Program-made: the position numbers and the translations under genes
Assembly: GCA_023411775.1 (NCBI GenBank)
Contig: JAEYOL010000040.1
Span: forward strand, 1 to 54,141
Length of the DNA stretch: 54,141 nt
DNA from: Bacteroidota bacterium
GTDB lineage: Bacteria > Bacteroidota > Bacteroidia > Chitinophagales > Chitinophagaceae
Reading direction: 5' to 3'
The notes under the pieces: generated by a model
Seen by the model: the letters and a program-made list of their open reading frames with translations, nothing else
What the model was told of the DNA's origin: nothing
Databases searched by the model: none
In this document: positions 46,752-54,141 of the stretch, in pieces
Position numbering within the stretch: position 1 is the first letter of the stretch
Layout: each line of letters starts with the position of its first letter

Positions 46752-49262
46752 ATGGCGAAATCAAAGAATATTGAGCAGATTCAAAACAATGATAGTGGTA
46801 TACATGGCCAGTATAAGACCTGGTTCCTGGATTATGCTTCGTATGTGATCCTCGAGAGAGCGGTACCAGCAATTGAAGACGGGTTGAAGCCGGTGCAACG
46901 CCGGATCCTTCATGCCATGAAGGAGATGGACGACGGGCGCTTTAATAAAGTGGCCAATATCATTGGCCAGGCCATGCAGTATCACCCACACGGCGACGCC
47001 AGCATCGGCGACGCACTGGTAAACATGGGACAAAAGGACCTGTTGATCGAAACACAGGGTAACTGGGGCGATGTGCGTACCGGTGATGATGCTGCGGCAC
47101 CTCGCTATATTGAAGCCAGGCTGAGCAAATTTGCGCTTGATGTTGCCTTCAACAATAAGACAACCGAATGGCAGCTTAGTTATGATGGCCGAAAAAATGA
47201 GCCCGTAACGCTGCCCATGAAATTTCCATTATTGCTTGCCCAGGGAGCAGATGGTATCGCAGTAGGTTTGTCGACGAAGATCCTGCCTCATAATTTCTGC
47301 GAATTACTGGAAGCATCGATTAAATACCTGCGAGGAAAGAAATTTGAACTCTACCCCGATTTTCAAACGGGTGGTATGATCGATGTGGAGGAATATAACC
47401 AGGGGAAAAGAGGTGGTAAGGTAAAAGTAAGGGCACATATCGAGGAGATCGATAAAAAAACACTGGCGATCAAAAGCGTTCCTTACGGTGTTACAACCTC
47501 CCAGTTGATGGATTCAATTGTGAAAGCCAATGACCAGGGTAAGATCAAGATCAGGAAGGTAACTGATAATACTGCCGCTGATGTAGAGATACAGGTGGAT
47601 TTGGCGCCAGGGATATCGCCTGATATTACCATTGATGCTTTATACAAGTTCACCGACTGCGAGATATCCATTTCTCCCAATGCCTGCGTGATCGTAGGAA
47701 TGAAACCCCAGTTCCTGGGCGTTCATGATCTGTTGAAGATGTCGGCCGACAAAACAAAAGATCTGCTAGAACAGGAATTAAAGATCAAACTGGCCGAGTT
47801 ACAGGAGAAATGGCATTACACCTCACTTGAGAAAATTTTCTTCGAAGAAAAAATTTATAAGGAGCTGGAGAAAAAGCACGAGACCTGGGATAAGGTAATT
47901 GACGCGATCGACAAAGCTTTTGTGCCATTCAAAAAGCAGCTCAAACGCGCTATCACCCGGGAAGATATTCTAAAGCTTACTGAAAAACCAGTAAGGCGTA
48001 TTTATCGTCTCGATATAGATGAGCTCAACGCGCAGATCAAAGGTCTTGAAGCAGATATCAAACAGGTGAAGTATGACCTGGCCAACCTGGTTGATTTTGC
48101 AGTTGCGTATTATGAAAACCTGCTGAAAAAATATGGCAAGGGACGCGAAAGAAAAACGGAGATCAGGCAACTGGAAGTGATCGAAGCCAAGCAGGTAGCT
48201 ATCGCCAACACCAGAATTTACATAAACCGCGAAGAGGGATTTATTGGTACTGGCCTGAAAAGGGACGAGTTCCTGTTTGAATGTTCCGACCTGGATGACA
48301 TTATCGTGTTTGCCAAACGGGGGATCATGAAGGTGGTGAAGGTGCAGGATAAAGTGTTTATCGGAAAGGATATCCTGCATGCTGCGGTTTTCCAGAAAAA
48401 CGATGAGCGCACGACCTACAACATGATCTATGCCGATGGAAAAGGAGGAGTGAGCTATGCCAAACGTTTCAATGTAACCGGCATTACCCGGGATAAGGTG
48501 TACGACCTCACAAAAGGTGATGAAAAGAGTAAAGTGCATTACCTGAGTGTTAACCCCAACGGAGAAGCCGAGGTCGTGAAGATCGTGCTGACCCCGGGAT
48601 CATCGGCTCGTATCAAGGAGTTCGATTTCTATTTTGAAGAACTGGCTATCAAGGGACGCACCAGCATCGGCAACCAGGTGACCAAGTACCCGATAAAATC
48701 TGTAAAATTCAAAGAGGCCGGCAAGGCTACGCTAAGCGGACGAAAACTTTGGTTCGATGACAAATTTGGAAGGCTAAATGCAGATGAGAAAGGAAGCTTG
48801 CTGGGTAGTTTTGAGCCGGAAGATAAAATACTCGTTATATTTAGTGACGGGAATTATATGATCACCGACCAGGAAATGACACAGCGTTTCGACGCGGAGA
48901 ATATTTTGCTGATCGAGAAATTCGATCCTGAAAAAGTCATTTCTGCGGTTTACCTTGATAAAAAGAACCTTCAGTTCAATGTAAAGAGGTTCAAGATTGA
49001 AACGACTACACTGAAGAACAAATTTTTCTTTATCAAAGAGGGAAATGGGAACTACCTGGAAGCTGTTTCAACCGATCCTGAACCCATACTGGCAGTACAG
49101 TCGGGCAGGGGCGACCAGGTACGAAAGGCTAAATTCAAAATTGCCAGGGTTGCGGAAGTGATGGGCTGGAGAACGGTTGGCACCAAACTGGTGGATTTTA
49201 ATAAAAGCGTGCAGATGGAATGGGTGAGAGAAAGACAGGATAAGCAGCCGGAACTATTTTAG
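46752..49262 (+). CDS. parC: DNA topoisomerase IV subunit A
   Basis: RAVPAIEDGLKPVQRRIL, YHPHGDAS and AAAPRYIEARL (catalytic Tyr). Confidence 0.88.
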   Translation: MAKSKNIEQIQNNDSGIHGQYKTWFLDYASYVILERAVPAIEDGLKPVQRRILHAMKEMDDGRFNKVANIIGQAMQYHPHGDASIGDALVNMGQKDLLIETQGNWGDVRTGDDAAAPRYIEARLSKFALDVAFNNKTTEWQLSYDGRKNEPVTLPMKFPLLLAQGADGIAVGLSTKILPHNFCELLEASIKYLRGKKFELYPDFQTGGMIDVEEYNQGKRGGKVKVRAHIEEIDKKTLAIKSVPYGVTTSQLMDSIVKANDQGKIKIRKVTDNTAADVEIQVDLAPGISPDITIDALYKFTDCEISISPNACVIVGMKPQFLGVHDLLKMSADKTKDLLEQELKIKLAELQEKWHYTSLEKIFFEEKIYKELEKKHETWDKVIDAIDKAFVPFKKQLKRAITREDILKLTEKPVRRIYRLDIDELNAQIKGLEADIKQVKYDLANLVDFAVAYYENLLKKYGKGRERKTEIRQLEVIEAKQVAIANTRIYINREEGFIGTGLKRDEFLFECSDLDDIIVFAKRGIMKVVKVQDKVFIGKDILHAAVFQKNDERTTYNMIYADGKGGVSYAKRFNVTGITRDKVYDLTKGDEKSKVHYLSVNPNGEAEVVKIVLTPGSSARIKEFDFYFEELAIKGRTSIGNQVTKYPIKSVKFKEAGKATLSGRKLWFDDKFGRLNADEKGSLLGSFEPEDKILVIFSDGNYMITDQEMTQRFDAENILLIEKFDPEKVISAVYLDKKNLQFNVKRFKIETTTLKNKFFFIKEGNGNYLEAVSTDPEPILAVQSGRGDQVRKAKFKIARVAEVMGWRTVGTKLVDFNKSVQMEWVRERQDKQPELF

Positions 49263-49318
49263 GCAGATAATTGGACGGTAATGGGAATTTGCTTCGATAT
49301 ACCAAGATTCAAAAGGCC

Positions 49319-49966
49319 ATGACAGACCACCTGGAAATATTCGACCTCTACAAGATCCTGTTTGCAATTGGGGCAGGTATAGTATTAGGGCTGGAGAGGG
49401 AATTGAAAGACAAGTCTGCAGGTTTGAAAACGATTACCGTTATCTGCCTGGGCTCTGCTTTATTTACCATGCTTTCATACAAGGTCGGTCTGCAGGACGG
49501 CGAGACGACCCGTATTGCCTCATATATTGTCAGCGGTATTGGTTTTATCGGTGCGGGGGTAATTTTTAAGGACAAGTTAGACGTCTCGGGACTTACCACA
49601 GCGGGAATCATCTGGCTGGCAGCAGCAGTGGGCATGGCTATCGGATTTGGAGAGTTTTACCTTGCCGGCGCATTTGTTCTAGGCGCCTTACTGATCATTT
49701 TTTCAAGTAAATGGATTACCTATATATTCCGTCCGGGACACCAGGGCAGGGAGCTCATATTTGAGCTTACCAAAGCACATGCCGAACAAAAAGAAAAGAT
49801 ATTGAGTGAGATCAGGGCAAACGGTATCGAGCTGGAAGAAAAAAGACTGGAGCTTATGGACGGCCGCATTATAATTTCTGCCGAAGCGACGATCCAAACT
49901 GAAAAAATAAAATGGCTGGAGACCTACCTGATCAACAACCAGTACATTATTGCATTTTCACTCTAA
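49319..49966 (+). CDS. MgtC/SapB family protein
   Basis: LGLERE, AGLKT, IVSGIGFIGAG and GLTTAG. Start at MTDHL. Confidence 0.88.
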   Translation: MTDHLEIFDLYKILFAIGAGIVLGLERELKDKSAGLKTITVICLGSALFTMLSYKVGLQDGETTRIASYIVSGIGFIGAGVIFKDKLDVSGLTTAGIIWLAAAVGMAIGFGEFYLAGAFVLGALLIIFSSKWITYIFRPGHQGRELIFELTKAHAEQKEKILSEIRANGIELEEKRLELMDGRIIISAEATIQTEKIKWLETYLINNQYIIAFSL

Positions 49967-49968
49967 AC

Positions 49969-50892
49969 TTATTTCTTTCGCCGGATCCGGATCGTGGCAT
50001 TCTTTTCCAGGCTGCTGGACAACCTGATCTCGTATTGCTTTTTCCCATCACTCACGATCATCAGCGCGGTATTTGGTGGAATGCTGCCGAGGTTATCGGC
50101 AAACATGCTAAGCTCATTTACATCTCTTAACGAGTCCAGTGTGAGATCGAAATGCAATGACCGGGTGCTCAGTCTCTGGGAGAAAGCCATTAACTGATCG
50201 TTGAAAAATACAGAAATAGAATCACCGTCAATTTCGCCATTATCATAAAAATCAACTTTGATAGAATCGGAATCAACTTCGATTTCCTGCGCTATTTCTT
50301 TTGTACGCTCCTTAAACTGGCTTTCCACCACATAATTGATCACTTTACGCTGTACGACATTAACAGCCGGCAGTGTATCAAATATAGAAGGCTTCCATAC
50401 CTGGTTGGCTTCTTTAAAATTGCGTAGCGCCGTCAAAACAGAATCCTGTTTGCTCATGTCTGCACTCAGGGCAAGGTTGAAATTGACATCAACGCACATA
50501 TACTTGTTATCGGGTAAACCGGTGAAAGAACCAATAAGGTTTGAACCGGCTTTGGCTACCCTTAATGTGGCCATCAGGTTCATGACACAATCCACTTCCA
50601 TACTTGATAGTGAACCGTAGTAGGTAACGGGAATGTTGTATAAATTGAGCTGGCGGGTTTTTGAATTGTAGTTTCCTTTCACCTGCATACTACGGAATGT
50701 ATTTTTGAAATAGTAGCTGAGAATACCTTTTACATAACCTTTTTCTGGTTGAAGGATCAATTCCACAAGATAGTTACTGGCTGAGCTTTTTGTCTGAACA
50801 TTGGCTTTGCCATACCAGTAGCCGAAAACTGTTTGTGCTTTGACAGGAGAGATAGCGAGTGCTACAATTACAATAATGATCAATTTCTTCAT
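49969..50892 (-). CDS. Hypothetical secreted protein
   Basis: Signal peptide MKKLIIIVIVALAISPVKA and a C-terminal YDNGEIDGDSIS...NLGSIPPNTAL motif. Confidence 0.72.
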   Translation of the reverse strand: MKKLIIIVIVALAISPVKAQTVFGYWYGKANVQTKSSASNYLVELILQPEKGYVKGILSYYFKNTFRSMQVKGNYNSKTRQLNLYNIPVTYYGSLSSMEVDCVMNLMATLRVAKAGSNLIGSFTGLPDNKYMCVDVNFNLALSADMSKQDSVLTALRNFKEANQVWKPSIFDTLPAVNVVQRKVINYVVESQFKERTKEIAQEIEVDSDSIKVDFYDNGEIDGDSISVFFNDQLMAFSQRLSTRSLHFDLTLDSLRDVNELSMFADNLGSIPPNTALMIVSDGKKQYEIRLSSSLEKNATIRIRRKK

Positions 50893-50943
50893 GCTGCAAT
50901 TTTTGGCAAAAACCATGCTTACTGAGTCTGAACGCCGGTTTAT

Positions 50944-51381
50944 TTATTTGACAAATCGTTTCATTTCTCTTTCCACGTCCTTTTTCCTGAGGGTTTCCCG
51001 CTTATCGTGCAGTTTTTTTCCTTTGGCAAGGCCAATTTCCATTTTTACAAATCCCTTATCATTGAAAAAGATCCGAAGTGGTACCAGGGTGTATCCTTTT
51101 TCTTTCAGCTTAGCCTCAATCTTCCTGATCTCTTTTTTATTCAAAAGAAGTTTACGGTCCCGAACGGGTATATGATTATTGAGATTGCCATGTGAATACT
51201 CGGCGATATGCAGAGATTTAATCCAGATCTCACCTTTGTGGACTAGGCAATAACTATCATTAAAACTGACTTTGCCACCCCTGATCGATTTTACTTCGGT
51301 TCCCTGCAAAACCATACCTGCTTCATATTTATCATCTATGAAGTATTCGTGATAGGCTGATCTGTTCCTGATTTCGCTCAT
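50944..51381 (-). CDS. smpB: SsrA-binding protein
   Basis: EAGMVLQGTEVKSIR, RKLLL and GKKLHDKRE. TATATTTG box at 51392-51399. Confidence 0.97.
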   Translation of the reverse strand: MSEIRNRSAYHEYFIDDKYEAGMVLQGTEVKSIRGGKVSFNDSYCLVHKGEIWIKSLHIAEYSHGNLNNHIPVRDRKLLLNKKEIRKIEAKLKEKGYTLVPLRIFFNDKGFVKMEIGLAKGKKLHDKRETLRKKDVEREMKRFVK

Positions 51382-51474
51382 GAATAGTAGGCAAATATAA
51401 GTACCTGCTGCAGGTAAACTAAGTTAATAAACCCCGGCGAGTGGTCGGGGCAGCACTTTGCAAATTTGTTGTTA

Positions 51475-52389
51475 TTAATTTTTGAGAAGCATTAAGACGG
51501 TAGCCAGTTTGTTTTTTAGCTCACCCCGTGGTACAATAAAATCCAGGAAGCCATGTTCCAGCAAAAACTCGCTTCGCTGGAAACCTTCCGGCAGGTCTTT
51601 TTTGATGGTTTCTTTGATGACGCGTGGTCCTGCAAACCCGATCAGGGCATCCGGCTCAGCAATGTTCAGATCGCCCAGCATGCCGAAAGAAGCTGAAATA
51701 CCTCCAAATGTAGGATCGGTTAACAAAGAAATATAAGGTAGTCCAGCGTCGCTAAGCTGTGATAATTTGCCGCTCGTTTTAGCCAGCTGCATCAGTGAAA
51801 AAGCGCTTTCCATCATGCGTGCACCACCACTTTTGCTGATAACCAGGTAAGGCATTTTATGCTGGATACAATAATCTACAGCACGGGCGAATTTTTCTCC
51901 CATCACGCTACCCAGGGAGCCTCCAATGAATTCAAAATCCATACAGGCGATCACCAGGTCCATACCACCAATCTTTCCAACCGCTACCCGCATGGAATCT
52001 TTCAGGTCGGTTTTACTCCAGATCTCCTCCAGTCTTTTTTTGTAAGGTTTCAAATCGGTAAACTCCAGGTAATCCTTGCTCCGAATATTATCGAATAATT
52101 CCGTGTATTCGCTATCATCAAATAATATATCAAAATATTCGCTGCTGTTGATGCGGTGGTGGTAGCTGCATTTAGGGCAAACAAACAAGTGTTCGCGGAG
52201 TTCGGAAATAGTGCAGATATAATTACATTCAGGGCATTTGGTCCAGAGCCCCTCGGGAGTCTCTTTTTTTTCAGAGGTTTTGGTATTGATACCCTTCTTT
52301 ATACGTTTAAACCAACTGCTTTTTGTTTCTTCGGTTTTTCCTTCTTCACCCGCCAGGTTAGCATCAAAATCTTCGATTAATTTCGCCAT
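51475..52389 (-). CDS. accD: Acetyl-CoA carboxylase carboxyltransferase beta subunit
   Basis: CPEC..CPKC zinc ribbon, GGSLG, SGGARM and GFAGPRVI. TATATTTG box at 52410-52417. Confidence 0.96.
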   Translation of the reverse strand: MAKLIEDFDANLAGEEGKTEETKSSWFKRIKKGINTKTSEKKETPEGLWTKCPECNYICTISELREHLFVCPKCSYHHRINSSEYFDILFDDSEYTELFDNIRSKDYLEFTDLKPYKKRLEEIWSKTDLKDSMRVAVGKIGGMDLVIACMDFEFIGGSLGSVMGEKFARAVDYCIQHKMPYLVISKSGGARMMESAFSLMQLAKTSGKLSQLSDAGLPYISLLTDPTFGGISASFGMLGDLNIAEPDALIGFAGPRVIKETIKKDLPEGFQRSEFLLEHGFLDFIVPRGELKNKLATVLMLLKN

Positions 52390-52477
52390 AACCGTAATTT
52401 GTTAAGATACAAATATAGAGAAGTTTGATCGTAACGATCGGAGACAGAACTGTGAGCCGTAGGCTCTGGACAATACG

Positions 52478-52587
52478 TGGAATTGGGACCCGATGGCTAT
52501 CGGGTTAGTAATTTGGAATTGGGCATCCAACCCCAATTCCAAATTCCCAAATCCTAATTCCTGGCTCAACGCGTCCAATCCCAAAAC
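52478..52587. repeat. GGAATTG/CAATTCC 7-nt repeats with an embedded 18-bp palindrome
   Basis: TGGAATTGGG...TTGGAATTGGG / CCCAATTCCAAATTCCCAAATCCTAATTCC, and ACCCGATGGCTATCGGGT at 52488-52505. Confidence 0.6.
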
Positions 52588-54141
52588 CTATCGCTTCAAC
52601 GATCGTTCAAACAATTTGAATATCCGCTTATATTCATCTGTCCAGCTGCTGGGTTCTACAAAGCCATGATCCTCCAATGGGTAGGAAGCCAGTTCCCAAT
52701 TATCTTTTCCCAGTTCAATCAGACGCTGTGTAAGTTTTACCGCGTCCTGGTAATGTACATTTACGTCAATCATGCCATGGCAGATCAACAAGTCACCTTT
52801 TAAACCTTCTGCGAAATACAACGGTGAACTTTTCCGGTATGCGATGGAATCATTGAATGGTTCGTTGAGAATATTTGAAGTATAGGGGTGGTTGTAGTTG
52901 GCCCAGTCTGTAACGGGTCGGAGCGAAGCGCCAGCCGCAAACACTTCGGGTTCGTTGAACATTGCCATCAGAGTGATAAAGCCGCCGTAGGAGCCTCCAT
53001 AGATTCCAATGCGTTTTGGATCTACACCGAAGCTGTTGACCAGATATTTGGCTGCGTCCACATGATCTGAAAGATCCTTGCCGCCCATATGACGATAGAT
53101 GCCTGTTCTCCAGTCCCTGCCATAGCCGGCACTCCCGCGGTAATCAATATCGATTACATAATAACCGTTATCAGCAAGCAAATTGTGAAACATGTATTCA
53201 CGGAAATAATTACTCCACCATTTATGTGCATTCTGCAGGTAACCCGCGCCATGTACGAAGATCACAGCAGGTTTGGCAGGGTGGGGGTTAGCTGGTTTAT
53301 AAAGTCGCGCATAAACTTTTGCTCCGTCTTGCGCCTGGAAGTTGATCAGCTCGGGATCACGCCACGCGTAACTTTTAAACTCTTCACTCTGTGCTTTGGA
53401 AGTAAGTTGGCGGGGTTTCGCATCCGGTTTGTTTTCCTGGAGAAATAATTCCCATGGTTTGTTGGAATAGGAATAAAGTATGGCGAGATTTTTCTCATCA
53501 GGGGATACTGTTACCTGGTGAGAACCGGTTCCGGTGCTAAGCTTTTCTTTTTTCCCATTTGCAATCTGAAACCGGTAAAAATGCTGTTCTCCCGGGTGCA
53601 CTTCATTGGTGGTGATATAAAAATATTTTTTGTCTTTGGACAACTGCGACCGAAGCACTTCATAATTCCCGGAGGTCAGGGCTTTTTTAGCCATGGTTGG
53701 GACATGGAATGTATACAGATGTGAGTAACCGGTTGCTTCCGATTGGAACCAACAGGTATTCTCATCAATCCAGCCGATACTACCAAACATTCCCGGACCA
53801 CCAATCCAGGCTTCATCTCTTTGACGATCTGCCAGCTTCAATTTTTGGGTGGCCGTATCCCAAAGCATCAGCCAGCGATCTTTATTATCGTGTGAACGAA
53901 TATCCAGTAACGCATTTCCTCCTGCCGGTGACCAGTAAAGACCGGTTACGTTCACGTCCCTCGGGGCGTCTTTTTTCTTCAATTCCTCAAGTTGTTTTGG
54001 GTAATCTTTTACATAATCTGGCAGATCGTTGATACCGGGAATGGAATCAGTTTTTACTGTCCATACAGTATCGCGTTCGCGGTCGTAGAAATAGAAAGTT
54101 GAACTGGCTTCCGGCGCACCTACTTTGGTTCTGGCCGGTAT
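52588..54141 (-). CDS. S9 family (dipeptidyl-peptidase IV-like) peptidase, 5' end outside the window
   Basis: GGSYGG nucleophile, HGMIDVNV and EDHGF. The frame stays open from 53982 to the window edge (IPARTKVGAPE...). Confidence 0.92.
   Translation of the reverse strand: MPARTKVGAPEASSTFYFYDRERDTVWTVKTDSIPGINDLPDYVKDYPKQLEELKKKDAPRDVNVTGLYWSPAGGNALLDIRSHDNKDRWLMLWDTATQKLKLADRQRDEAWIGGPGMFGSIGWIDENTCWFQSEATGYSHLYTFHVPTMAKKALTSGNYEVLRSQLSKDKKYFYITTNEVHPGEQHFYRFQIANGKKEKLSTGTGSHQVTVSPDEKNLAILYSYSNKPWELFLQENKPDAKPRQLTSKAQSEEFKSYAWRDPELINFQAQDGAKVYARLYKPANPHPAKPAVIFVHGAGYLQNAHKWWSNYFREYMFHNLLADNGYYVIDIDYRGSAGYGRDWRTGIYRHMGGKDLSDHVDAAKYLVNSFGVDPKRIGIYGGSYGGFITLMAMFNEPEVFAAGASLRPVTDWANYNHPYTSNILNEPFNDSIAYRKSSPLYFAEGLKGDLLICHGMIDVNVHYQDAVKLTQRLIELGKDNWELASYPLEDHGFVEPSSWTDEYKRIFKLFERSLKR

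Noticed and set aside
53980..53982. TTG start for the S9 peptidase given by the ORF track
   Set aside because: The reading frame stays open to the window end, so the real start lies outside the window.

Overview
A 54-kb chromosomal segment from a Bacteroidota bacterium, probably Chitinophagaceae-like. This is inferred from the gene content, many TAnnTTTG -7 promoter boxes and AT-rich translation-initiation regions. It is mostly housekeeping: a partial tRNA-His, prc/tsp, panB/C/D, ppk1-ppx, metK, rlmB, galM/galK, a miaE-like gene, rpsO-pnp, prmA, plsY, dnaG, parE/parC, smpB, accD and a partial S9 peptidase. There are also small accessory blocks: a frameshifted lipoprotein gene running into a PagL-like gene, a heptaheme cytochrome c, GntP, ChrA and MgtC. 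I see no transposase, integrase, prophage, cas gene or true CRISPR array. The most unusual structure is non-coding and surrounds a NUDIX gene between metK and rlmB. Upstream are three ~167-bp tandem units. Each carries a terminator-like hairpin plus a copy of the NUDIX 5' end, and two of them form intact 31-codon mini-ORFs whose stop lies inside the next hairpin, which resembles an attenuator. Downstream are a REP-like palindrome and three ~107-bp tandem units with a conserved 33-nt core. Dispersed 8-mer-based palindromes and 7-mer tandem repeats recur across the window. Functional readings of these repeats are hypotheses.
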